Positions 39,191 to 49,874 are shown, numbered from the stretch's first letter. The stretch: DNA of 64,000 bases from a bacterium (GCA_963675295.2 CAXXKJ010000002.1:4128001-4192000); one strand, 5' to 3'. The notes: generated by a model not told the origin, from the letters alone. A program made the numbers and translations.

Positions 39191-41224
39191 ATGAACCTTT
39201 CCCCTCTCGACTGGACAATTTTCGCGGGGATGCTGCTGTTCCTGATCCTCAGCATTGTCGCCAGCCGCACGTTGATGAAATCGGTCGCGGATTTTCTCGC
39301 GGCCGGACGTTCGGCGGGACGCTACCTGCTGGCGGTATCGTCCGGGATCGCGATGCTCGGCGCGATCACCATCGTCGGCAACCTCGAGATGAACCTGCTC
39401 GCCGGGTTTTCGATGACCTGGTGGGGAATGACGACGAATGTCGTGCTGCTGATCATGATGGTGTTCGGCTGGGTGACCTACCGCTTCCGTCAGACTCGCG
39501 CGCTGACCATCGCCCACTTCTTCGAACTGAGATACAGCCGTGCGTTTCGTGTCTACGCCGGCATCCTTGCGGCGGTCAGTGGACTGATCAACTTCGGCAT
39601 CTTCCCGTCGGTCGGGACACGGTTTTTCATGTACTTTTGCGGTCTGCCGGACGCTTTCCCGTTGTTCGGCCTGATGATTCCAACCTTCCCGGTGATCATG
39701 GCCGGATTGCTGTCGATCTCGTTGTACTTCGTCTTCGCCGGCGGCCAGATCGCGGTGATCATCACCGATTTCCTGCAGGGTGTGTTCATCAATGTCGTCT
39801 TTGTCGCGATGATCCTCTACCTGCTGGCGATTGTCGACTGGGGCTCGATCCAGCAGGCGTTGCAGGGCGCGCCGGAAAATGCGTCTCTGATCAACCCGTT
39901 CAAGACCGGTCACATCGAGGATTTCAACTTCTGGTATTTCCTGATCGGCATCTTCGGAGTGTTCTATGGGGCGATGAGCTGGCAGGGCACGCAGGGCTAC
40001 AACGCGTCCGCCCGGAACGCTCATGAAGCCAAGATGGCGGGCATGCTCAGCGCGTGGCGTGGCCTGCCGCAAACGTTGATGCTGATGATTGTCCCGATCA
40101 TCGCGTACACGGTGCTTCATCATGCCGATTACGCCGGGATCGCGGAGAGTGTCAACGCGGTCATCGGCGGCATCGAGGGCGACGCAATCCAGAGCCAGTT
40201 GAAGGTGCCGCTGGTGCTGAGCCACCTGCTGCCGGTGGGCCTGATGGGGGCGTTCGCGGCGGTGATGCTGGCGGCATTCATCAGCACGCACGACTCCTAC
40301 CTGCATTCGTGGGGCAGCATCATCGTGCAGGATGTAATCATGCCGTTCCGGAAAGAACCGTTCACACCGGAACAACACATCAAGGTCTTGCGCTGGACGA
40401 TCATCGGTGTCGCGGTATTTATCTTCTTCTTCAGCCTGTTGTTCAAGCAGAGCCAGTACATCTTCCTCTTCTTCGCGATCACCGGCGCGATCTTCGCCGG
40501 TGGGTCCGGTGCGGTGATCATCGGCGGGTTGTACTGGAGTCGCGGCACTACGGCGGCGGCGTGGGCGGCGATGACCATCGGGTCCGGTATCGCGGTCGCC
40601 GGAATCATCATCCATCAGCTGGTGGACGATTTCCCGATCAACGGGCAGATGTTCTGGGCAATCAGCATGGGGGCGGCGTCGGTGCTGTACGTGGTCGTCT
40701 CGCTGCTGACCAGCCGTGGCCGGAAACACAACATGGACAAGCTGCTGCACCGTGGCGAGTACGATGAGAAGGGTGAACTGCAGCATGTCGACATCGGCCA
40801 GAAAAAAATCTGGAAGTTGCTCGGCATGACCGAGGAATTCACCACCGGCGACAAGCTCATCTTCGTCATGAACTACGCGTGGACCTTCCTCTGGTTCGGC
40901 GCGTTCGTGGTCGGCACGGTCTACAACCTGTCGCACGACGTCAGCGACGAATCGTGGATGACGTTCTGGAAAATCTACGTGTACGTGCAGCTGGCGATGG
41001 CGTTGGTCGCGATGGTGTGGTTCACCATCGGCGGCGCGTTTGATCTGAAAAAGATGGTCCACGCGTTGCGCACGATGGTCCGGGACGATTCCGACAGCGG
41101 GTTTGTCGCGCGTGAGCTGGATGTTGCCGCCACCGAACTACCGCCGATCGCGAAACCTTCCCCGGTGAGCCCTACGCGCCCGCTGGCCGAACCTCCAAGT
41201 GATGAGACGAACGATGCCCGATAA
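39191..41224 (+). CDS. Sodium:solute symporter family protein
   Basis: DFLAAGRSAGRYLL, FFELRYS, GGQIAVIITDFLQG, AAFIST.DSY, GGLYWSRGT; many TM helices. Confidence 0.9.
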   Translation: MNLSPLDWTIFAGMLLFLILSIVASRTLMKSVADFLAAGRSAGRYLLAVSSGIAMLGAITIVGNLEMNLLAGFSMTWWGMTTNVVLLIMMVFGWVTYRFRQTRALTIAHFFELRYSRAFRVYAGILAAVSGLINFGIFPSVGTRFFMYFCGLPDAFPLFGLMIPTFPVIMAGLLSISLYFVFAGGQIAVIITDFLQGVFINVVFVAMILYLLAIVDWGSIQQALQGAPENASLINPFKTGHIEDFNFWYFLIGIFGVFYGAMSWQGTQGYNASARNAHEAKMAGMLSAWRGLPQTLMLMIVPIIAYTVLHHADYAGIAESVNAVIGGIEGDAIQSQLKVPLVLSHLLPVGLMGAFAAVMLAAFISTHDSYLHSWGSIIVQDVIMPFRKEPFTPEQHIKVLRWTIIGVAVFIFFFSLLFKQSQYIFLFFAITGAIFAGGSGAVIIGGLYWSRGTTAAAWAAMTIGSGIAVAGIIIHQLVDDFPINGQMFWAISMGAASVLYVVVSLLTSRGRKHNMDKLLHRGEYDEKGELQHVDIGQKKIWKLLGMTEEFTTGDKLIFVMNYAWTFLWFGAFVVGTVYNLSHDVSDESWMTFWKIYVYVQLAMALVAMVWFTIGGAFDLKKMVHALRTMVRDDSDSGFVARELDVAATELPPIAKPSPVSPTRPLAEPPSDETNDAR

Positions 41225-44200
41225 ATTCCAGCAGTTGCACGTCACCCGGATCGAACGCTTCCGGGACCGGATCGGCAAGCTGATCATTCGCGACACACGC
41301 GAACTGACCGTCGATTGCGCGTTGACGGATGAAGAGCTGCCGTTCGAGAAACGCACCTCGCTCGACTACAAACCGTTGCGTGAGGGCGGCTCCTGGGGCA
41401 GCGAATACCAGATGGCGTGGCTGCACTTGAGCGGTACTGTTCCCTCGGAGTGGGCGGGCAAGACGGTTGTCGCCCAGCTGGATATCGGCGGCGAGGGGCT
41501 GGTCTATGACGACGCGGGCAAGATGCTGCAGAGCGTCAGCAGCGGGTCCATTTTCGATAAGGATTACGCCCGCGATATCGTGCTGCTGTTTGACGAAGCT
41601 CCCGATGGCGAAACGGTCGAGCTCTGGATTGACGCCTCCGCCAATGACCTGTTTGGCTTGATTACCGAGATGGACCCATCCGCGGAATCGCCGAAACGCT
41701 ACGGCGAGTGGAAAGCGGAGCTGAAACACGCCCGTCTCGCGTTGTTCGATACTGATCTCTGGCACCTGTGGATGGATTTGCGGATTGTGCTCGGCCTGAT
41801 CCGCACCTTGCCCGAGGATGGTGTCCGCCGTGCCCGGCTGATCCGTTGCGGCAGCGAGGCGGTGGATGTCTTCACCGAGAACCCGGCCAATGCATCCCTC
41901 TCTCGCGAAGTACTGGCACGCGAACTGAGCAAACCGGCCGCGGCGTCGGATTTGAACGCCGTCGCGATCGGACACGCGCACCTCGACACCGCGTGGCTGT
42001 GGCCGGTACGTGAGGGCAAACGCAAAGCCGAACGCACCTTCGCCAGCCAGTGCGACCTGATCGAACGCTATCCGGGCTATGTATTTGGCGCGTCTCAGCC
42101 GCATCAGTACGAGTATGTCCGTGACCGCAAGCCTGAATTGTGGGAACGGATCAAATGGCATGTGAACAACGGTGGCTGGGAACCGCTCGGCGGGATGTAC
42201 ACCGAGGCCGACTGCAACCTCGCGTCCGGGGAAGCGTTGGCGCGGCAACTGCTTTACGGCAAGCGCTTCTTCCTCGATGAGTTCGGTGTCGATGTCAGGC
42301 ACCTGTGGCTGCCGGACGTGTTCGGTTACTCCGCCGCGCTGCCGCAGTTGCTGAAGAAGGCCGGGATCGACTACTTCATCACGATCAAGATCTCGTGGAA
42401 CCAGTTCAACAAGTTCCCGCACCACACGTTTGTCTGGCGTGGCATCGACGGCAGCGAGGTACTCGCTCATTTCCCGCCCGAGGGCAACTACAACAGCATG
42501 CTGGACGCAGATTATCTAGTACCAGGCCGGGATGCATTCACCGAAAAAGACCGTGTCGATGTGTTCCTCAGCAGCTTCGGCGTCGGGGACGGCGGCGGCG
42601 GCCCGTTACCGGAAACCATCGAGTACGGCAAACGGCTGGCGAACACCGAGGGCGCGCCACGGGTGCGTTTTGGCCGCGTGGCGGACTTCTTCGACGAACT
42701 GGAAAGCTACCGTGACCAGCTCGACCGTTGGTCCGGAGAGCTGTACCTCGAGCTGCACCGCGGCACGTTGACCACGCAGGCGAAGGTCAAGCGCAGCAAC
42801 CGTAAGCTGGAATACCTGCTACAGGCGACGGAAATGCTGCACGCGTTTCTGCCGTTGGATGAGTACCCGGCGACTGAGCTGACGGCGGCGTGGAAAACAC
42901 TACTTATCAACCAGTTCCACGACATCCTGCCGGGGTCGAGTGTCACTGAAACGTATCGTGTCACGCTGGCGGAATATGACCGCATTGCACAAACCTGCGC
43001 CGAGCTGGAACAGGCAGCCGTAGAGAAGCTCGGCACGGCGGATGACAATGCCATCACCCTGTTCAATCCGCTCAGCAACGCGTTTTACGGCGATGTCGCA
43101 CTCCCGGATTCCTGTCCACGGAAGCAGCTGTTCAACCGGCAGGGTGATCCGTTACCGACGCAGCTCATCGGCGACCAGACCTGGATTTCGCTGGAACTCA
43201 AGCCGTCCTCGTTGGACACCATTCACAGCTCGGATCTGGAGATTCAACCCTCCGACCCGGTGGAGGGACGGATTCTCGAGAACGACCGGATCCGTTTCGA
43301 GTTCGACAAAGCCGGCCATCTGATCCACGCCATTGACGCGGACAGCGGCTGGGACGCCATCCCGGAAGGCGAACCCGGCAACCGCTTCCTGCTCTTCGCC
43401 GACCGTCCCAATGACTGGGACGCGTGGGACGTTGACCTGTTCTATGAGACCAACCTGCTTGGCGAAGCGGAGTGTGTTGGATATGAATCGCTGGGAGTGG
43501 GGTCGGTCGGGTCGGCGTTACGGTTCACATTCAAGAGGAACAAGTCGACGATCGTGCAGGATGTGATTCTCACGTGGTATTCCAACGAACTCCGCTTCAT
43601 TACGCGCGTTGACTGGCACGAAGATCACACGATGCTGCGTGTCAACTTCCCGGTCAATGTGCAGACGGACCGTGCCGCGTTCGACATTCAATACGGCCAC
43701 GTATTTCGTCCGACCCATCGTAACACGAGCTGGGATAAGGCCCGTTTCGAGAGCGCGGCGCACCGGTATGTCGATCTGTCCGAGCAGGATCGTGGCGTCG
43801 CGTTGCTCAACGATTGCAAGTACGGGCATGGTGTTCACGACAATGTCATCAGCCTCAATCTGCTGCGCTCGCCGACTTATCCTGACCCGGACGCCGACCG
43901 TGGGCAGCACGAATTCACCTTCTCACTGTACCCGCACGAGGGCGATCTGGTGCGTTCGGATGTCATCGAGCGTGCGGCAGCACTCAACCAGCCGCCGCTG
44001 GCCTGGCCGGGGATCAGGGTTGAATCGAAGGCGCTACCGTGTACGTTGACCGGTGATGGCTTGGCCCTGACCACAATCAAGCGCGGCGAGGACGGGGACG
44101 CGTGGATTGTACGGGTGGTGGAAACTCGCGGACGGCGTAGCAGCGGCACACTGCAGTGCGAGCTGCCCGGTGCGGAAATCGTTGAGTGTGATCTGATCGA

Positions 44201-44294
44201 GCGGCCGTTCGGTGATGAGGCGTCCGGTTCGATCGAGTTCGAGATGGGACCGTTCGAGATCCGGACCTTTGCGGTCCGAGTGAACCAAGTCTGA
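41214..44294 (+). CDS. Cytoplasmic GH38 alpha-mannosidase (MAN2C1/Ams1-like)
   Basis: GHAHLDTAWLWP, WLPDVFGYS, GVGDGGGGP, GELYLELHRGT, NQFHDILPGSS, LLNDCKYG; no signal peptide. Confidence 0.93.
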   Translation: MPDKFQQLHVTRIERFRDRIGKLIIRDTRELTVDCALTDEELPFEKRTSLDYKPLREGGSWGSEYQMAWLHLSGTVPSEWAGKTVVAQLDIGGEGLVYDDAGKMLQSVSSGSIFDKDYARDIVLLFDEAPDGETVELWIDASANDLFGLITEMDPSAESPKRYGEWKAELKHARLALFDTDLWHLWMDLRIVLGLIRTLPEDGVRRARLIRCGSEAVDVFTENPANASLSREVLARELSKPAAASDLNAVAIGHAHLDTAWLWPVREGKRKAERTFASQCDLIERYPGYVFGASQPHQYEYVRDRKPELWERIKWHVNNGGWEPLGGMYTEADCNLASGEALARQLLYGKRFFLDEFGVDVRHLWLPDVFGYSAALPQLLKKAGIDYFITIKISWNQFNKFPHHTFVWRGIDGSEVLAHFPPEGNYNSMLDADYLVPGRDAFTEKDRVDVFLSSFGVGDGGGGPLPETIEYGKRLANTEGAPRVRFGRVADFFDELESYRDQLDRWSGELYLELHRGTLTTQAKVKRSNRKLEYLLQATEMLHAFLPLDEYPATELTAAWKTLLINQFHDILPGSSVTETYRVTLAEYDRIAQTCAELEQAAVEKLGTADDNAITLFNPLSNAFYGDVALPDSCPRKQLFNRQGDPLPTQLIGDQTWISLELKPSSLDTIHSSDLEIQPSDPVEGRILENDRIRFEFDKAGHLIHAIDADSGWDAIPEGEPGNRFLLFADRPNDWDAWDVDLFYETNLLGEAECVGYESLGVGSVGSALRFTFKRNKSTIVQDVILTWYSNELRFITRVDWHEDHTMLRVNFPVNVQTDRAAFDIQYGHVFRPTHRNTSWDKARFESAAHRYVDLSEQDRGVALLNDCKYGHGVHDNVISLNLLRSPTYPDPDADRGQHEFTFSLYPHEGDLVRSDVIERAAALNQPPLAWPGIRVESKALPCTLTGDGLALTTIKRGEDGDAWIVRVVETRGRRSSGTLQCELPGAEIVECDLIERPFGDEASGSIEFEMGPFEIRTFAVRVNQV

Positions 44295-44358
44295 GCGTAT
44301 GCCCCGACCGCAACAAAGCTGGGCGGGATCGGCCGTCGCTGGAAATCACCGGAGAATA

Positions 44359-44389
44359 ATCCCTGCTGGCAGAGCCATCAGGGGCACAT
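44359..44389 (+). repeat. 31-bp hairpin repeat, copy 2
   Basis: ATCCCTGCTGGCAGAGCCATCAGGGGCACAT. Confidence 0.85.
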
Positions 44390-44418
44390 GATCGAGGTCA
44401 TGTCAGGGAGGAGATGAG

Positions 44419-45441
44419 ATGCGCTTCAGTATTGGTTTGACGTTGACCTGGCTGCTGGTTTTGACGGCGATTCCGTTGCTCGCCGGGGAACTGGTTGAAT
44501 CGACCACCGTCCCGGTGTTCGATCATCAGGTGCTTCATTTCAACCCTGATTCGACGGATCTGTACGTCGACGCACCGGTCGTCGCGCTGGACAACGGACG
44601 CGAGGCGGTATGTCCGGTGACCCTGCCCGACTACAACAAATCCACCCGGATCCTCGCGCACCTGACCCTCGATCCGATTCCGAAGGACATGCTGACGGTC
44701 CATGATCGCTGGGACCGCGCGGGGAACGTCCGTCTCACCAACCTCGACGGTCCGGATGTCGAGATCGCGCGCTTCATGACCAGTTACGGCGGCCACACCG
44801 AGCACACCCTCGATGTCACCCACCTCGCGCCGTTGCTCACCGGCGAACGGGACCTGGTCGCATTTGTCGATACCTGGGTCAGTCCCGGTTGGCAGGTGAC
44901 GTTCGATCTCGAATTCATGCCGGACACGTCCGCCTACGCACCCGACTGGGTGTTGCCGGTTTACTACACCACCGGGATGAACGCGCAGGACAATCCGGAC
45001 GGTGTCGACATTCCGGTTACCATTCCGCCGGGATTGGCACGGGTCGCGTTGGTCTACATCTCGACCGGTCACTGCACGGATGGCCGTGACGAGGACGAAT
45101 TCTACGCCAAGCCGAATGTGATCTCGGTGGATGGCATGGTGGTTGAACGGTTACACCCGTGGCGGGATGATTGCCGTGAGTACCGTGACCACAATCCGTA
45201 CACGGCGAAATGGACCGACGGCACGTGGTCCTCCGACTACAGCCGCAGCGGGTGGTGCCCGGGTGTGGAAGTTGACCCGACGGTCATCGACCTCACCGGC
45301 AATCTGTCGCCCGGCGAGCACACGATGCATATCGAGGTCGAGAACATGCGGCCCATTGACGAGGAAGAGCATTTCGGTTACTGGCGCATCTCCGCGCACC
45401 TGATCGGCTGGAAGGAGTACCCGCTGCTGTGGATCAACTGA
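44419..45441 (+). CDS. Peptide-N-glycosidase F-like amidase, exported
   Basis: Signal peptide; DRWDRAG, EIARFMTSYG, STGH...DEF, SRSGWCPG match the PNGase F pattern. Confidence 0.85.
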   Translation: MRFSIGLTLTWLLVLTAIPLLAGELVESTTVPVFDHQVLHFNPDSTDLYVDAPVVALDNGREAVCPVTLPDYNKSTRILAHLTLDPIPKDMLTVHDRWDRAGNVRLTNLDGPDVEIARFMTSYGGHTEHTLDVTHLAPLLTGERDLVAFVDTWVSPGWQVTFDLEFMPDTSAYAPDWVLPVYYTTGMNAQDNPDGVDIPVTIPPGLARVALVYISTGHCTDGRDEDEFYAKPNVISVDGMVVERLHPWRDDCREYRDHNPYTAKWTDGTWSSDYSRSGWCPGVEVDPTVIDLTGNLSPGEHTMHIEVENMRPIDEEEHFGYWRISAHLIGWKEYPLLWIN

Positions 45442-46937
45442 CTTTGCCACTGATCCCCCGGCCGGAAACGGTCACCTTCACCGGCGGTTCGCTCTCGCTG
45501 CCGCTGCGCATGTCGGTGTTCACGACAGACGAGGTCCGTTTCGAACGGATCTGGGCACCGTTGCGCCCGTTCGCGCATGCGTGGCTGCCGGGCCTGATGC
45601 TGCGGCCCGTCGTCAAACCGGACACCGCCGCAGTTCGGATCGGCGAAGCAACGGACGGGCTCGCCGAATCGTTCTCGCTGAATGTCCGCCACGACCGGGT
45701 AGACCTGCAACACTCTGGCGATGCCGGCCTGTTTTACGCGCTGCTCACGCTGCTGCAACTGCTGGCGACGGCGGAGCGGGACGGCGAGACCGTGCTCCTC
45801 CCCACGTTCGAACTGGGTGACCGTCCGCGCTTTCGCTGGCGCGGGATGCACCTCGATATCGCGCGCCATTTCTTCCCTGTCGAAGTGATCAAGCGCTACC
45901 TCGACGTGCTCGCGCTGCACCGCATCAACACCTTCCACTGGCACCTGACCGACGACCAGGGCTGGCGCATCGAGATCCGCCGTTACCCGAAACTGACCGA
46001 GGTTGGCGCCTGGCGAACGGAAGCCGACGGCACTCGAACCGGCGGGTTTTACACCCGTGCGGAAATCCGCGAGGTGGTTGAGTACGCCGCCGAACGGTTT
46101 ATCACGATCGTCCCCGAGATCGAGATGCCCGGCCATGCTCGTGCGGCGCTGGCAGCGTATCCGGAATTCTCGTGCACCGGCGAAGAGCAGCCGGTTCCAA
46201 GCACCTGGGGTGTGTTCGAGGATGTTTTCTGCGCGGGGAATCCGAAAACGCTGGAGTTCCTCGAGGATGTGCTGGAAACGGTGTTTGCCTTGTTTCCGGG
46301 ACCGTACGTGCACATCGGCGGCGACGAAGTCCCGGACACACGCTGGCGTCACTGCCCCACCTGCCGGATGACGCAGATGAAGGAGTTTCTGCAATCTCCG
46401 GCGCATCTGCAGAACTGGCTGCTGACGGAAGTGCTGGCCATCCTGCACCGGAACGACAAGCGGTTGGTCGGCTGGGACGAGATCGCTGATCTGCCGTTCT
46501 CGAACAACGCCGTGGTGATGGCGTGGCGGTCCAGCGATAACGCCCTCGCCGCCGCGATGAACGGGCACCAGGTAGTGATGAGCCCCACCGCGCACTGCTA
46601 CTTCGACTACGCACAGGCGAAAGATGGCGAGCCGGACGCGTTCCCGGCGGTGCTGACCCTCGACCAGGTGCTGGACTTCGATCCCGCGCCGTCGCGGTGG
46701 CCGGAGTTTGTCCAGTCACAGGTGCTCGGCGGACAGGGGAATTTGTGGACGGAACGGATCACCACCGAGCAGCACCTGCAGTACATGCTACTGCCCCGGC
46801 TGAGCGCGTTGGCGGAACGGTTGTGGTCAACGCGAACTGAAACTGTGGACAAGGCGGAGTTCCGGCAACGGCTCGCCTGTTTCCTGCCGCTGCTCGACAA
46901 GCTGGAAGTCCACTACCGCCATCCGTCACGCGGCTGA
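45429..46937 (+). CDS. GH20 beta-N-acetylhexosaminidase
   Basis: DRPRFRWRGMHLDIARHF, HWHLTDDQGWR, PEIEMPGH, HIGGDE, GWDE, NLWTE; no signal peptide. Confidence 0.93.
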   Translation: MDQLTLPLIPRPETVTFTGGSLSLPLRMSVFTTDEVRFERIWAPLRPFAHAWLPGLMLRPVVKPDTAAVRIGEATDGLAESFSLNVRHDRVDLQHSGDAGLFYALLTLLQLLATAERDGETVLLPTFELGDRPRFRWRGMHLDIARHFFPVEVIKRYLDVLALHRINTFHWHLTDDQGWRIEIRRYPKLTEVGAWRTEADGTRTGGFYTRAEIREVVEYAAERFITIVPEIEMPGHARAALAAYPEFSCTGEEQPVPSTWGVFEDVFCAGNPKTLEFLEDVLETVFALFPGPYVHIGGDEVPDTRWRHCPTCRMTQMKEFLQSPAHLQNWLLTEVLAILHRNDKRLVGWDEIADLPFSNNAVVMAWRSSDNALAAAMNGHQVVMSPTAHCYFDYAQAKDGEPDAFPAVLTLDQVLDFDPAPSRWPEFVQSQVLGGQGNLWTERITTEQHLQYMLLPRLSALAERLWSTRTETVDKAEFRQRLACFLPLLDKLEVHYRHPSRG

Positions 46938-47241
46938 ACCCGCTCGCCGGACCCTTCGGACGAACCGGGTCTAGCACAGACAAACCGTGGCCCCGCTCAA
47001 GAGAACGGGGGTACGTGCTTCACAAGCAAGACGCCAGCCGGTACCGCACCTCTACCACGCTTCGGTTTTAAACTGTCTCACCTGGCACGGCGGGCAGCAG
47101 GCCAGGATTCTTTGGCACAGTCTACTCCCCGAGCGAAGCTCTTGCGAATGGAATTAGGCAAGCCGAATCTTGTATCCAATGATAATCGAAAACTTACATT
47201 CCATTCTGAATTCCAACCTTCACCCGTGGAAGGAACGTGAG

Positions 47242-49863
47242 ATGGTCAAGCGCCTCATCGTCCCATTGTATCTGATTCTGGGCCTTCTGGTGCTGTCGTA
47301 TTCCCCCTCCTTCGCATTGGACACCGGCAAGATCGCGGGGGTTGTGGTGGACACTGCCGGGGAACCAATCCCCTCGGTCCACGTGGTGCTGGCCGGAACC
47401 GAATCCGGCGGCGCCAGCGACCTCGACGGCAACTACTACATCATTGGTATCACCCCGGGGCAATACGATCTCCAGTTCAGCGCACTGGGGTATCGCACAC
47501 AGATTGTCACCGGCGTGACCGTCCGCTCCAACTACACCACCCGTGTCAACGCCACGTTGGACGAAGAGTCGATCGAACTGGAACCGGTAACGGTGGTGTT
47601 CGAGAAGCCGCCGGTGGATCTGGAAGACACAGGGCAGCGGATCACGGTCGCCGGGGATTTTGTCCGCAGCATGCCGATGCAGAACACCGACGAGATTCTC
47701 GAGTTTCAGGCGGGAGTGAGCGCCAGCGCGGACGGCGAACTGCACATCCGTGGCGGGCGCAGCGGTGAGGTCGGGTACATTGTGGACGGTCTTCGGGTGG
47801 ATAATCCGTTGTACGGCACCGGCGCGACTGGCGCCAACCGTCACACCCTGCAGGAGCTGCAGCTCCTCTCCGGCACCTTCAACGCCGAGTATGGCCAGGC
47901 ACAGAGCGGGATTGTGCAGATCGTGACCCGCGAGGGCGACGAACGCTACCGGGTGCACGTTGATTATGAATCCCCACGGCTCAACGACAGCCCGTACCGG
48001 ACCAGCAACTGGGTACGCGCAGGCAGTGACGCGGTTGTTAATCCCACGACCGGTGAGTCGGCGTACGAATCGACAGACGTTTCCGACCTGCACGACCTCT
48101 GGGTGCCAGTGCAAGGCTTCCTCGGCGTGACACTCTCCGGCCCGGTCCCGATGGTCCCGCAGACAACGTTCTTTGTTAACGGTGTCCATGAAGCGGAAAA
48201 CAGCTACCTGCCGTTCGGCGATCGCTGGGCGCGTCAACTATCCGGCAAGGTGACTCACAAGCGTGGGTCCGGCAAATTGACCCTCAGCGGTGCGTACGCC
48301 TACGAAAATTCGCAGAGCTACAGCCACGCATGGAAGTATGTCCCGGACCACTATTACCGCCGGTTCAACACCACGCAACGGCTGTCTGCCAGCTACTCGT
48401 ACAATGTGTCGCAGTCGCTGGTGCTGGAGGTGTTGAGCGGGTACAGCCGATTGGATCAGGACCGCAAGATTTTTGAGGATTGGGCGGACTACCTCGCCAG
48501 CGACTACTCCCCGGCCGATTTCACCTACGCGCAATATTTTTACGATCAGGAGGACTGGTCGGACATCTGGCGCGAAAGTTCGTCGACCACGTTCACCAAC
48601 TGGATCAAGGCGTCCTGGCAGCGGAATCCGGTGCATTTGTGGACCGCTGGTGTCGAGGCGAACGCGAAGCAGCTCGATCTGGAAGATATTCGTGACCTGC
48701 GCATCGGGACGAACGGCGAACGTGAAGGCGTTGTGGACCAGTTCGACCAGAGTCCAGTGGAATACGCCGCCTTCGTGCAGGACAAGATCGAGCTGGGCTA
48801 CCTCGTCGTAAATGCAGGATTGCGGTTTGACTACGTCGACCCAAAGGCTGAGGGCTGGGCTGACCCGGAAACGCCGAAGCGTAGGCTGAAGGAAGTGGAC
48901 CCGTCGTATCAGTTGAGCCCGCGTCTCGGCCTCGCGCACCCGATCAGCCCGGAATGGACGCTGCACTTCGCGTACGGCCACTTCTTCCAGTTCCCGGACT
49001 ATGTCAACCTGTACATGAACGCCGCCGACCTCAATCCGGATACGTTGGCGAACCGATCATTCGATGTCATCGGCAACCCCGCATTGAAGCCGGAGCGCAC
49101 GGTTTCCTACGAAGTCGGCCTCAAGGGCATCATCGCGGAAAACTGGGGTTGCAGCTTCACCGCGTTCTACAAGGACATCACCGATCTCGTCGGCACCCGG
49201 CAGGTTCGCTACGGCGCGTCGTACAACTACGCCCCGTTCGTGAACATTGATTACGCGAACGTGAAGGGCTTCGAGGTCAACCTCAGCCGCAGCCTTGAGC
49301 GGTTCTGGAGCCTGCAGGCGAACTACACCTTCAGCATCGCACGCGGGAACTCGTCCGAACCAACCACCGGCTACTATGACGCCTACACCGGCACTCCGGA
49401 AGCACGGCAGGAGTATCCGATGGATTTCGACCGGCGGCATGTGGCGAATGTGATGCTTGCGTGGAACGCCGGCTTCGAGGATTATCCGCGTGTATTCGGC
49501 AGCTCCATCCTCAGCGGTGCGGGGGTCGGGTTGATCGGGCAGTACGCCAGCGGGTTGCCGTATACGCCCTACTCGGCGGCCGGCGAGCAATTGTCGCTGC
49601 GCAACTCGGAACGGATGGCGTACACGATGACGGTCGACCTGCGCCTGAGCAAACGGCTTCGCTGGAGTGGGGTGGATTTGACCGTCTACAGCACCATTTC
49701 CAACCTGTTCGACCGGGACAATCCGTTGTTCGTCGATTCACGCACGGGTGAACCGTGGGAGAGCACATTGGTCAGCAACAACATCGCCTTCGATCAGCTG
49801 CACGACCCGAGTCGTGTCGGTCCGCCACGGATGATCAAGGTCGGTGTGGAGGTTTCCTTTTGA
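47242..49863 (+). CDS. TonB-dependent receptor with an N-terminal carboxypeptidase-regulatory-like domain
   Basis: Signal peptide; TGKIAGVV, HIRGGRSGEVGYIVDG, GTFNAEYGQAQSGIV, SPRLG, GNPALKPERT; C-terminal EVSF. Confidence 0.92.
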   Translation: MVKRLIVPLYLILGLLVLSYSPSFALDTGKIAGVVVDTAGEPIPSVHVVLAGTESGGASDLDGNYYIIGITPGQYDLQFSALGYRTQIVTGVTVRSNYTTRVNATLDEESIELEPVTVVFEKPPVDLEDTGQRITVAGDFVRSMPMQNTDEILEFQAGVSASADGELHIRGGRSGEVGYIVDGLRVDNPLYGTGATGANRHTLQELQLLSGTFNAEYGQAQSGIVQIVTREGDERYRVHVDYESPRLNDSPYRTSNWVRAGSDAVVNPTTGESAYESTDVSDLHDLWVPVQGFLGVTLSGPVPMVPQTTFFVNGVHEAENSYLPFGDRWARQLSGKVTHKRGSGKLTLSGAYAYENSQSYSHAWKYVPDHYYRRFNTTQRLSASYSYNVSQSLVLEVLSGYSRLDQDRKIFEDWADYLASDYSPADFTYAQYFYDQEDWSDIWRESSSTTFTNWIKASWQRNPVHLWTAGVEANAKQLDLEDIRDLRIGTNGEREGVVDQFDQSPVEYAAFVQDKIELGYLVVNAGLRFDYVDPKAEGWADPETPKRRLKEVDPSYQLSPRLGLAHPISPEWTLHFAYGHFFQFPDYVNLYMNAADLNPDTLANRSFDVIGNPALKPERTVSYEVGLKGIIAENWGCSFTAFYKDITDLVGTRQVRYGASYNYAPFVNIDYANVKGFEVNLSRSLERFWSLQANYTFSIARGNSSEPTTGYYDAYTGTPEARQEYPMDFDRRHVANVMLAWNAGFEDYPRVFGSSILSGAGVGLIGQYASGLPYTPYSAAGEQLSLRNSERMAYTMTVDLRLSKRLRWSGVDLTVYSTISNLFDRDNPLFVDSRTGEPWESTLVSNNIAFDQLHDPSRVGPPRMIKVGVEVSF

Positions 49864-49874
49864 ACCGGAATCAG

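Noticed and set aside
46940-47240. Riboswitch or sigma54 promoter upstream of the TBDR
   Set aside because: TGGCAC occurs twice but without GC at the -12 spacing; only a short hairpin near 46991-47011 and no recognisable aptamer.
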